NCBI RefSeq assembly: GCF_001194135.2
Contig: NC_068981.1
Coordinates: 78,216,045-78,280,044 of the forward strand
DNA: 64,000 nt
Reading direction: 5' to 3'
Source of the DNA: Octopus bimaculoides
Taxonomy: Eukaryota
Part shown: positions 37,739-49,545 of the stretch, piece by piece
Layout: every line of letters begins with the position of its first letter
Position numbering within the stretch: the first letter of the stretch is position 1
Notes under the pieces: generated by a model
Told to the model about the DNA's origin: nothing
Seen by the model: the letters and a program-made list of their open reading frames with translations, nothing else
Database searches by the model: none
Translations under genes and position numbers: made by a program

Positions 37739-38784
37739 GAGAAATCATTATTTTTTGATGATACAAATTATTGTGGTTTTAAAGGCAATGATTTTTGTTT
37801 ATTGTGTTTTGTATGGAAATGAGAAAAACCTATAATTTCTATCACTTAAGCTAAATACAAAAACTATATTATTTTTATTTCTAAATTCACATTGAAAACT
37901 GTGTTATGTTAGTGATACGCCACTGCTAAGCAAAAGTTAATATGATCAAAGTTTCATTTTTACTACTGTTAAATTTTTTTTGCTTTTTATTTGTTTGTTT
38001 GTTTTTTTTCATTTGATCTGAAAAAAGAAAAAAAATTAGATGATGACTACTACAACTGCCATAAAAACCTATGTTCTTCAAACAACGTAAAACACAAACA
38101 TATCTTTGATAGCAAGGTCTAAAAATCATGTGCATCATTTGACAGCATCTTCTAACAGAACAAGATCCATAATATATTTACAGTTTCTTTTTCTTTCCTT
38201 TCCTTTCTTTTTTATGGGAGCTTAAAATAACAATATGTAACAATTCAACGTCTAAATGTCTGAGATGAGTTATTGTTAATATGATTAGGATTTTCCAGAC
38301 TATTATCCTCGTTTTTAGAAATGAAAAAAAATGTGCTTCGATCAGTTTGATTTCCGGTCATCGTCGGGTTAATGAAGCGTTAATTGTACATGTGTCAGGC
38401 TATTGACTTCTAAAGATGAGGTTACTTGTCTGCAAAATTACAATTGTAACATTTCACAATATTTTCTATGGAATTTTTGTTCTCTGTAAACTTGGTTGAG
38501 ATGGTGAAATTCATAAAATAAGAAAGAAATAGTTCTTATCTTATTTTAACAGTTGTATTAATTTTACTTTTTTTCTGATGCAGACACTCGCTAATTTTCA
38601 CAGATTCTTTCTATTTATTAATTTTTTTTTTTCTAATAGTTGAGGCCATAACTTGGCACATTGTAGTTCTTAGGTTCATGTTCTTGAATTTTTTGCCCAA
38701 ACCTTGTCAGAGTTGATTTTTACTTCCATTCCTCTTTGTTTGATGCTAGTAGCGATGATAATGATAATCCTTTTTCCTATAAGC

Positions 38785-39175
38785 ACAAAGCAAGAAATTG
38801 GGGGTGGGGTGAAGATGGTCAATTACATTGACCCCAGTGGTCAACTGGTACTTGACCTCAGAAAGACGAAAGGCAAAGCTAACCTCACAAGAAATTGAAT
38901 CAGAATGTAGAGATTGGATGAAATGCCACCCAGCATGCTAACAAGTCTGCCAGCTCACTGCCTTATATGATAATAATAATAATGATGCTTTCAAATTTTG
39001 GCTCAAGAATTCCAATTTTGAGTGCAGAGGTTAGTTGATACCATCAATCCCTGTACATGACTGGAATTATATTTTACCAACCCCAAAAGGATGAAAGGCA
39101 ATATTGACCTCAGCTGGAGTTTGAAGAAAAACTGCTAGGCATTTTTCCAACAGTCTAGCAGTTCTGTCAATTCAA
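38785..39175 (-). mobile_element. Two adjacent degenerate SINEs of a third head type (H3)
   Basis: Both carry the plus-strand core GACCCC...AAAGGATGAAAGGCAA..TTGACCTC; the first ends ...GCATGCTAACAAGTCTGCCAGCTCACTGCC; related cores at about 33190-33320, 47540-47640 and 63130-63210. Confidence 0.65.
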
Positions 39176-40667
39176 GTACAAGTTACTGGTAGTTAGCCAT
39201 AAATCAGTCCTGATTGAACAGAGCAGACCTTTGGTCTAAGACGTTGCAGCTTGGGTCATCCTATTTTTTCTTTTTTTCTCTTCTGTTTTAAGAAATAGCA
39301 TGTCTAGGGCTACAATAGTCTATGTGTCGTTCATTTTATAAATGAATGTCTGGTTTGAGAGATATTTGGTTGCTATTTCTTGCAAGCAGAGTGACCATGT
39401 AAAGTATAATGAGTATTAATAATATATTGTTTCCAGTTGAAATGACAATGCTCATCCACTTCAAGAAAACATCTGTGAGCCTGTATCGGAAATGAATATT
39501 TTATTCCCTCAGAATATTAATTTGAGCCTTAAGAAATGGAACATGAATATTAAATTCATAGACATAAATTATCTTAAGTATAAAGAACCTCATTTCCAAG
39601 TAGAGACCCTCTATGTGGTTGGTTGATCTGCTAGAAATTGTATCCAACTCTTCCCTGAATTAAATGCATTTGGTTATAGTTTTCTGTAATTATAATTCAA
39701 GCAGGGATGAACAACATTTTATTGATTTTGTTGCTTTATACGGTGGAATCTCAATCAACAAATGTCTCTCAGAGTTGACAAATCAGTTTACAAACCAATT
39801 TTTCAAACATAAAACATTTCAGGTGACAAATGGTGTATTGAGTAATGAACATGCAAGCCAACAACAACAAAAGTTGGCAGCAAGCTGGGAGTATCAACAG
39901 GAGAGCACCAGTTGGTGTCTAGCTTTTGCTTTGTGCACATCTATGCTTGAATTCGCCATACTTTCCTGTTGGAAAAATAGTTTCGGTTTTCAAACATTTC
40001 AAGTGATGAATGGCCTTCAGAAATGAATTAAATTCATTAACCAAGGTTCCACTGTTTTTATTTTTCCATGCCAGCTAAACATTGGTCTTACTACTAACCA
40101 CTCAACCATAAAACAGACTGGGACCTTTCTTTTATCAGCTAGATTAATTGAAAGAAGCAACCTGTAATATTTGAAGTCATGACCAAGATATAATCCTCAT
40201 TCGTAACCTCACAGTCTGTATTGCTGTAATACTGACAAGGAGGCTAAGATGTGACTGTCCATTTAAACATAATATTTAACTATTGAAATAGAATACTAGA
40301 AAAAATATAGAATAACATACTATAATGATTTGATGATATCAATATAGTTCCTTTAGTCTAAAATTTTTGAAGTTGATAATGTATTATAAATAAAATTCTT
40401 TTGATAACTAGGAAATATGCTCAGATATTAAACAGAAAAGTATTGCATTTTAGTCTCTGTTTCCTTTGCTACACCTCAACCAAAGTAGTTTCATAAATAA
40501 TATTCCTATTGATGAAGCCACTGCATATGCCACTTGTTTCATCCACACTGCAGACACAATAGAATTCCATCTAAAATCATTCATCTGAATTGCTCCAGCC
40601 TCAAAACTTATTTGGCCCTGACAGTGTCCTTGCTGCTACCTTCAGTTTTTTTTTTCTTCAGAAATAG

Positions 40668-40709
<42 letters not shown>

Positions 40710-40899
40710 NNNNNNNNNNNNNNNNNNNNNNNNNNNNNNNNNNNNNNNNNNNNNNNNNNNNNNNNNNNNNNNNNNNNNNNNNNNNNNNNNNNNNNNNNNN
40801 NNNNNNNNNNNNNNNNNNNNNNNNNNNNNNNNNNNNNNNNNNNNNNNNNNNNNNNNNNNNNNNNNNNNNNNNNNNNNNNNNNNNNNNNNNNNNNNNNNN
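40710..40899. other. Assembly gap (N run)
   Basis: Ns flanked by (TA)n. Confidence 0.99.
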
Positions 40900-42384
40900 A
40901 TATATATATGCTAAATTTCTCGGTTTTTCTCTATCTCTGCAGAAATTTAATTCAATCTATGAAGATGCTCAATACTTTGTTCCATCTCCAAGGGGATCAC
41001 ACACTTTGGACTTTCATTGACATTCTACACTAGACTCTTTCAAATACATCGAAAAATCTCACTAGGCAAAATCAAAATATATCTAAAACCTTTACAGTTC
41101 CCACAAATGTTAGGTTTCATTTTTGATCATCACTTTTGGTGATATTACATAACTCAACCAATTTTCTATTCCAAAGAATTGTTAAAATGGATAGAATGCC
41201 TAGCAGTATTTGCTTCAATACTTTGTGCTCTGTGTTCAAACCATCCTGGATGGGTGGAACTTTTAGAGTATCAGACTTAATGCCATGTGTCCCAGTTCTT
41301 TGTAATGATTATAATGTCAATCTATATTGACCCTAAAGGAAAGAAGAGATTTGCATGTATTAGCAACTTGATAGTCATTAAAAAAAAAAGCATTGTATAA
41401 GCTTGCACCAGACTAAGCATCTTATGAGTAAATCGCCAGTAGCTAGCATGAGCCATCAATATTTTACCCCAAAAATTGAATTGTTTTCTACTCAAGTATT
41501 TACATTAATTCTATATTTTGAAAAAAATTCCCTCATTCTATAACCATCCATTTCGTACATTCTTCATTGGGCTTAAAGTCTATTTCCCCATGCCTCTTGA
41601 TTAACAAGTACTTTGTTTAACTTAATACCAACCATCATAACATTACCTAATTTTTTAACCTGGTCTGTCATATTTATGCTGCTCACAACTGATAGGGTTT
41701 GAAGTTAACTGTTGTACAAATATTTATTTCCCTTCACTTTCATCTCCTATATATGTGTTTACCATTCACCGTTTCTAGTCACAAATTGCCGTACATCATT
41801 TCATAAATTGTCATTTTTTATGTTCTCTAAAATCTTTAATGGTTCTAGATCCGAATACAATAGCACAAAGTTTCAAATGCTTATTTGCACTCATTCTACC
41901 TGCTTATTGTTTTGACTTTTGATCTTTGTCAGCAAATATGTTAGTTTTGTTTGTTTGAGGGGGGGGGGGTTCAGTTTTTTTTTTTTAAATTTCATTTTTT
42001 TAAATACGGCCTAGAAAATATTGCTGTAATAAGCTGACATAACAGCAACATACTTTTTGAAAAAGTTCAAGTGGCAAGTGGTTGGCGAGTGGTGACAAAA
42101 ACGAGTGTGCATAAATTGTACTCCTCTGCTTCAGCCCACATGATTTATCCCTCAGCTGATGCTCCATCACGGAGGGGAAGCTTATTTTGTTCTCATTGTT
42201 GGTTCAGGAATTAACTGATTGAGACATTATTTTCTTCAAAGTTGCTGAACAGGAACAAAAACTGTTTTAATTTATTGCTATAAACGAATGCTGCATTTCT
42301 ACAGCATCAAATCATTGATTCTTCCGACATGGTTATGTTGTTGATAATTATTATGTGTGCGTGGTTTGTATATGTACATGTTTG

Positions 42385-42415
<31 letters not shown>

Positions 42416-42742
42416 GATTGTATGTATGTATGTGTATATATATATATATATATATGCTCGTATGTATTGTATATGTGTAAATGTATATGTATGTGTATAT
42501 GTTTATCTGTATAGCTATATGTGTATGTAGTTATATATATGTATTGTATATCTGTAAATGTATATGTTTATATGTACATTTGTATGTTTATGTGTGTGTA
42601 TATATATATATATATAGATAGATAGATAGATAGATATGTATATTGAAATATATATTTTATAATTCCACTTCTTTTTTTTTACTCATTTTTCTTTTAATCT
42701 GTCTCCTTCCCCTTCCTCTGTCACTATCTTTCTCTCTCTCTG

Positions 42743-42806
<64 letters not shown>

Positions 42807-43835
42807 CATCTCTCCCTCTCTCTCCTTTCACTAAGAAAAAAAAACATGATTAATGGATAATAGCTATTTCATTAACATCGTTGTTTCTATTATCCATTGT
42901 TGTGATTTTTCACATATTATAAAATTTAAATAAAACCCATATTTCATCTTTATTCATTTCAAATGTTTTACAAAGACATCTAAAGACAACAAGAAAACAA
43001 CAACAAAAATTAACAACACTGATTGAGTATAGGCGCACAATTCCACCTACTCCCACACTCACATGTATGCTTGTGTATATGTGTATAAATAATTTTTTTT
43101 TTTTTTCTTAATTGCAGAGCTTTTTATTTTAGTTTTGTATTTTGTTATATTATGGTTATTTGCTTTTTAAGCTCTTATTGGCTATGTAATAAAATAATAA
43201 TAATAAATAAATAAATAAATAAACAAAAAAAAACTGAAACCTTACAAAAACTATTAAATTAGAACACCTATGTGAACAAAATAAACGAAAGGCAGTCAAA
43301 ACTGAATAGACAAGTAAATAAATACGTAAATAAAAGTGGATAATGCAAAAAGAAAATTATATTAAGTGTTGTGATATCATGAAAACGACTTCAAAAGTGA
43401 TACTCATTTGTTTCAACAACAAAGATAGTAGAAAGTTTTGTCTGAATTTCGAGGTATACATAAGATAATGGGATTAATTTTCATGTGTGTATGTATATAT
43501 ATATATATACACACACACACACAAACATATGTGTGTGTGTGTGTGTACATGTATTAGTTTACTTGTATTTATGTATGTGTTGTTTATTTGTATTAACTTG
43601 ATCATGTTATGAAAGGTAATTTGAATTTTTACATTGGGCCACCAAAATACGAAGGACTGCCTCCACTACAGCTTATTGCCTTTAATTATTTGTATTATCA
43701 TTCTTACTTACACACACACCTAGAAATTCATTTATTTAATCATTCTAAACCTCTTTCCTGTATAGTCCGTATGTGTGTACATTTGTATGTGTGCATGTCT
43801 TTGTGTATGTATGTTTGTGAGTGTGTATATATATG

Positions 43836-43907
<72 letters not shown>

Positions 43908-44519
43908 CATACACACACACACACACACACGCACGCACGGGCACGCGCACACAGAGAGACAGAGAGGCATAGAAACAAACTATACAAGAATGAGGCTAAA
44001 ATAAAATTAAATATTTAAGCTTTGAAAGTCTTAGCATTCATTGTTGTTACCTCCATTCTCTCACTGTTCTTATTTACCTATGATTCCTAATAAATGTGTA
44101 CTTCAGAGTTATAAATATACTGAATATTTTCATAGATGCAAAGTACTTAAGCCAATTGATTGGCCAAATTGATAGAGCATTGAGCAAAATAATTTGTAGA
44201 TTTATTAGAGGCTCTTTATGTTTAATTTCAAATATCTTCAAGCACAACTTTGCTTTACTGCTTTCTGAAGTTTATGAAATAAAGTACCAACTAAGTACCA
44301 GAATTAGTATAATCAACTAATTTCTGTGCCGTAAAATTTGGGACCTTATGCCTATATTAGAAATTATTATTATTCTTGTGTGTGCATGGGTATCATGTGT
44401 ATGCATGTGCATAAGTATGTATGTGTTTCAGATTTAATTCTTTATATCAACAAAATTGATGGTGACACTGAGTTCCTGATGGCAACAATATATAGCAGTA
44501 GTGGTGTGTAGACCACAGA

Positions 44520-44720
44520 TCATTGGTGTGGGTGCTGGTGTCATGTAAAAAGCACCCAGTACATTTTGTAAAGTGGTCAGCATTAGGAAAGGCATCACGC
44601 TGTAGAAACCAAGCCAAAACAGACTGTGGAACCTGGCGTGGCACCTGGCCCTCCCAGTTCCTGTCAAGCCATCCAACCCATGCCTGCATGGAAAGCAAAC
44701 ATTATATGTTGATGATAATG
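44520..44720 (+). mobile_element. RTE-LINE 3' tail fragment
   Basis: GGTGCTGGTGTCATGTAAAAAGCACCCAGTAC...TTAGGAAAGGCATC...CCATCCAACCCATGCCTGCATGGAAAG...GATGATAATG. Confidence 0.75.
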
Positions 44721-45038
44721 ACCACCCGCTCTTTGCTCTTTATCTTCAGAAGAATTCAGTCTCAGTTTTAAACCTTATTGTTACTATATCACATGTTATA
44801 TGATAAGTTGTTCAAAGTTAATTTTTTTTTTCATGAACTCTGAGGATCCATAATGCTATTATTTAATTCCACTTCTAGATCACATATAGATAATGTGCAT
44901 CTGTTACCCAAACCTGCAAATGTGAGACCTGTATTGAAAAAGGACATTCATCCAACAAAAGATCATTGTTAGGTCAGATCTGATACTTATATTAATTTTA
45001 AATGTTTTCTCTTAATCTCAGATACAGGAAATATAGAA

Positions 45039-45920
45039 ATGGGTCGCAGTAAAGATATAACATCGAAGGAAAAGAAAGAAATAATGAACCTACTGGGAGA
45101 AGGAGATACAACAATTGTAATTTCTAAAAAGCTAAATAGAGATCACAGAACAATATAAAAAAAAAAACAGGTACAAAGCATTGAGAGAGTAAGAATAAGG
45201 AAGAAAACGGATTTCAAGAACATCACAAATAGAGATAAGAGAAAACTCAAAAGAATAGTGTGCAAGAAAAGTGGGTTAACCAGTAGACAAATCTTTGAAG
45301 AAGCAGGAATCTCTAACATACAGAGGAAAGAAAGTTGCACAATACTAAAAGAACTAGGCAAAGTCATAAATTTTGCAAAATTGCCTCCTTTAAATAAAGT
45401 ACACAAAGAAAAAAGAATGACGTGGGCCAAAAGATATGACAGACTTTACAAATGTAATTTTTACCGATAACTGCAAAGCAACATTAGATGGACCTGATGG
45501 ATGGGCAAGAGGCTGGGTGTTAGATGGAAAAAGTCAACCAACACGATTAAGAAGACAGCAGAGTGGTGGAAGAATCATATTTTGGGCTGGTATAGTTGGA
45601 GGAGATGTTATAGGTCCACTTAAGGTTGCTGATAGAGTCAAAATAAATACTGAAAAATTATTACAAGTTTCTAGATGACAACTTCTTCCATGGTACAAAT
45701 CAACATCATGAAATTTCAAGTTAAAGAGCATATTTATGCATGATAATGCACCTTCACACTCTATGATGTATATTCTAATGGTAAACAATATCCATACACG
45801 GATTTACTATGAGAAGCAATAAAAACTGCTGCAAGTGAGATTGTTGAGAAATAGACAAAATCGGTTGATGAGAGAATATTTAAAGTTATAGATGGTAAAG
45901 GAGGCTATATAAAGATGTAA
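45039..45920 (+). pseudogene. Disrupted Tc1-like transposase resembling the TRT (DD37E) family
   Basis: MGRSKDITSKEKKEIMNLLGEGDTTIVISKKLNRDHRTI*...LTSRQIFEEAG...LPPLNKVHKEKRMTWAKRY / MTDFTNVIFTDNCKATLDGPDGWARGW...PTRLRRQQSGGRIIFWAGI...FMHDNAPSHS // DVYSNGKQY...TKSVDERIFKVIDGKGGYIKM*. Stops, frameshifts and a deletion spanning the SPDLNPIE motif. TIR-like TTAATTTGCATAATAA..GAAACAC at about 46042-46067. Confidence 0.9.
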
Positions 45921-46349
45921 AATATATACATAGTTGTTTGTAAATATAATGATATGGTGGAAGATAAATATGTATATTAATGGTCTGGTTATGTATTGTT
46001 CAACATGCAAATCACATTACATGTAGTTTATATGATGTTTGTTAATTTGCATAATAAAAAGAAACACCTTATAAACGTGTTTGTCTTCATTTCTACTTTA
46101 AATATCCACCAATTTAGACGAAAAGTACACAGGACATGAGACACATAATCTTACATATCTCGTACAAATTTCAAGAAAACCAGACAAGGGGTTTTGATTT
46201 TATTGAGGAATGATTGACCTGCATAATAAAAGGGAACATAGTGTATATTATATATATATATATATATATATACTTTAGATAATCGAAATAGTCACCCTCT
46301 TTTCAACAGCATCCACATAAAATAAATTTAGTACATAACAAATGTGTAT

Positions 46350-46803
46350 ATATGTGCCGGTGGCATGTAAAATGCACCATCCAAACGTGGTTGATGCTTG
46401 GTCTACTTGACTGGCTCCCGTGCCAGTGGCACATAAAAAGCACTAACCGAATGAGGCCAATACGAGTACCCCCTGACTGGCTCTTGTGCCAGTGGCATGT
46501 AAAAAGTGCCATCCGAACATGGCTGATGCCAGTACCCCCTGACCGGCCCCCATGCCGGTGGCACATAAAAAGCACTATCCGAACATGATTAATGCCAGGC
46601 CCACCTGACTTGCTCCTGTGCTGGTGGCACATAAAAAGCACCCACCACACTCTCGGAGTGGTTGGCATTAAGAAAGGCATCCAGCTGTAGAAACATTGCC
46701 AGATCACATTGGAGCCTGGTGCAGCCGCTGGCTCTTCAGACCTCAGTCAAACCATCCAACCCATGCTAGCCTGGAAAACGAACATTAAACAATGATGATG
46801 ATG

Positions 46804-46805
<2 letters not shown>
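46350..46805 (+). mobile_element. RTE 3' UTR fragment with a tandem array of about 66-bp units and a (GAT)n tail
   Basis: Five occurrences of (G/A)TGC(C/T)(A/G)GTGGCA(C/T)(G/A)TAAAA at about 66-bp spacing, then the standard tail ending TTAAACAATGATGATGATGGTGAT. Confidence 0.85.
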
Positions 46806-46883
<78 letters not shown>

Positions 46884-47509
46884 TATAACATATTAAATTA
46901 TGATATAGCTTATTTTAACAATGTATGAGTGATTCAGCAAGAATATGGGAACTGAGACAAACCTTTCCCAAAAGCATTAAAATCTTAACAAATATTAATT
47001 ATTCATTAAATACAAAATATAAATGTGATATAAGATAAATGTCAAAGTAGCAATAAACTTTCTAAAAACCATTTCCACTTGTAGCTATTCACTTCTATTA
47101 TGTACTTAATTTATTTTATGTGGATGCTGTTGAAAAAGGGTGACTATTTCGATTATCTACAGTAAATTTATGCAGTCTGGCTGAAGGTTCAAAACAAAAA
47201 AAAAAAATCTTTTTTCTGTGCCTGCAATGATGTTTTGATGTTGGTGTAATTTTGTAATAGTAGTAATAATAATAGTAATGATAATAATGGGCTACTCGAC
47301 CTGAAGAAAATTCCAACTGGGCCCCACCAGCAAGGTCATGTGGTGTTCATCTTGATATGAGATCACCATGTCACACATATATGGTTGTGATGCACGTGCC
47401 TGGTGAACTCTTGTTAGACGGGTTGTCATGATGGGTATATTAGACTTCGTATATTTGTATCCCCGTGTCACTTTGATAACATGTTCAATAATAATAATAA
47501 TAAGTCCAT

Positions 47510-47645
47510 TCTACTACAGGCATTAGGTCTGAAACTTTTAGTGTGCAACTGGTACTTATTTCATTCATCCTGAAAGGATGAAAAGTAAAGTCGGCCTCTG
47601 CCTAATCTGAACTCAGAATGTAATGACAGATGAAATGCCACTGTT
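47510..47645 (-). mobile_element. SINE H3 fragment
   Basis: AACTGGTACTTATTTCATTCATCCTGAAAGGATGAAAAGTAAAGTCGGCCTC...GAACTCAGAATGTAATGACAGATGAAATGCC. Confidence 0.6.
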
Positions 47646-47880
47646 TTGATTGTGTACATGTAGACATCTTTGTGTATATATGTATATGTGTGTGTTTATA
47701 TATATATATATATATACATACACACACATACATGTGTGTGTTGTATATTCACATTCAAGTTCTTTATTTTAGATTTAGTTTGATCAGGTTAACAAAATAT
47801 TTGCTCATTAAAAAATACTCGTAAAACTTTTTAAAAGTCTACATGGCATGTATGTATGTGTGTGTGTTTATATGTATGTA

Positions 47881-47915
<35 letters not shown>

Positions 47916-48699
47916 AGATGTCAACTATATCAAAACAGCAAAAATGTCTGGAGGAGCAAATAGTTTTATTTTTATCAATATATATCCTATACATCACCAC
48001 TATATGTGAGCCTAGATAGAAAATTACTTTTCAGAAATTTTAATTATACATGGTGTATAATTTGAAGTCTATTTACTTATTTATTTATTTTCTTTATTTA
48101 TTTATCATTTTTAATCATGTCTTGCAGAAAATGTTAAGACTGCTTAATATAGTTTACTCATAGTTGATGTTGTACAAGTAGATAAGATATTTTTTATTAG
48201 TTCTGTTTTTACCATTGAATGTTTAAATGAAGTGCAGCTGAAATAGCATTGAGCAGAAAATCAACAAGCTAGCTCCTTCTAAATTCACTATTCCATGATA
48301 TTTGAAATTAATCTATATTGAAGTTTGTAGACCTCTCTTAGCAATGTGTCTTGTTATCAAGTTAGGAACTTTCAAGAAAAGGTATAACAAGTATTTCAAT
48401 GAGCACTGGCAAAAGTAGTGAGTGGATGGAAGTTTGAATGACTGTCTTTCTATAGCTTATATTTTGCTTATCAATATCACAACACCTTCAGGTACATACA
48501 TCCACTGTACATCTTCATCACTGTTTTATGTCCAGCTTTTCCATGCCGGTATAAGTTGGACAGATTTTCTCACTATTTGTTGCAGTACCTTTTTTGTCCC
48601 GTTTCTAAGGTTTGATACTCATTTTCCTCTTCCAAGGGCATTGTTCACTTAAATTGTCATTTGGTAATTCTTCATCAAAAAGCCATACTTCAGATATCA

Positions 48700-48950
48700 T
48701 CCTCATCCTTATTTCAATGTCCACTTTTCCATGCTTGCACGGGTCACATGGAATTCATTCAGGCAGATTTTCTATAGACAGATGCTATTCTTGTTGCCAA
48801 CCCTCACTTGTTTCCAAGTAAGGTAGATATATTTTCACAGAAAACTAGAAATGAATGACACTGCTTGTATGACAGTGATACTTGTTTACAACTATCGTAT
48901 GATGTCATGACGGGAGGCACAAACTTGCATGCAAACATGCACTCTCTCAC

Positions 48951-48987
<37 letters not shown>

Positions 48988-49125
48988 TACACCACACACA
49001 TACAACAGGCTTCTTTTCCAACCACAAGACTTTTACCAACTTGAGGATAAAGTAGAAGACACTTGCCTAAGATGCCCATGCAGTGGGACTGAACCTGAAT
49101 CCATATGATTGAGAAGCAAGACCAA
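48700..49125 (-). mobile_element. Composite SINE: H2 head, (CA)n linker, RTE-type tail
   Basis: Plus strand TTTAATGTCCACTTTTCCATGCTTGC-like start, ...GCCAACCCTCACTTGTTTCCAAGTAAGG..., (CA)n, ...AAGACACTTGCCTAAGATGCCCATGCAGTGGGACTGAACC. Confidence 0.75.
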
Positions 49126-49419
49126 AGAGTCTTCACTACTCTTTATTGTCTCTGTTCATTCAAGACAACATAAATGAAAGGGTGAATAGAAGAGAGATAA
49201 TGGTTGGAAAGTAAGTTATGGAAAAGAGACATTGATAGCAGCTACATGTTATTAGTCAGTAAGGAGGCTGAATAGATGAATAAAGATACAGCATGAAACA
49301 GCATAATGGGAAGAGGGAGCATGGTGGAGAGACAATTTGATGAAAGAGAATGTAATGGAATTGAGAAAACAGTGTATGTGTGTATGAATAAATGTGTAAA
49401 TGAATAGATAGGTTTCCAC

Positions 49420-49545
49420 ACAGTTTCTCTAAGAAATTTCAGTCTCTTGGTATAGTTAAATCTTAGTTAAACTCTGTGGGATTGAACCTGTAGCCAAGTG
49501 GTTCCAAAACGAGCTTTCTAACCACATGGTCATATCCAGCAAGCA
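49420..49545 (-). mobile_element. SINE H2 head, degenerate
   Basis: GTGGGATTGAACCTGTAGCCAAGTGGTTCCAAAACGAGCTTTCTAACCACATGGTCATATCC. Confidence 0.55.

Noticed and set aside
39664-40026. 120-aa + ORF bounded by a short direct repeat (AAACATTTCA(G/A)GTGA..AATGG)
   Set aside because: No recognisable domain or clear splice pair; the repeat is short and degenerate.
44096-44320. 74-aa ORF, or a possible phase-1 terminal exon DAKYLSQLIGQIDRAL...
   Set aside because: Acceptor is moderate and there is no homology; many similar short AG-initiated frames (48127, 52338, 53952, 59964) are expected by chance in AT-rich introns.
46350-46650. Regular repeat-spacer-like array suggestive of CRISPR
   Set aside because: The intervening sequences are themselves homologous tandem units, the context is a eukaryotic LINE 3' UTR, and there are no cas genes.
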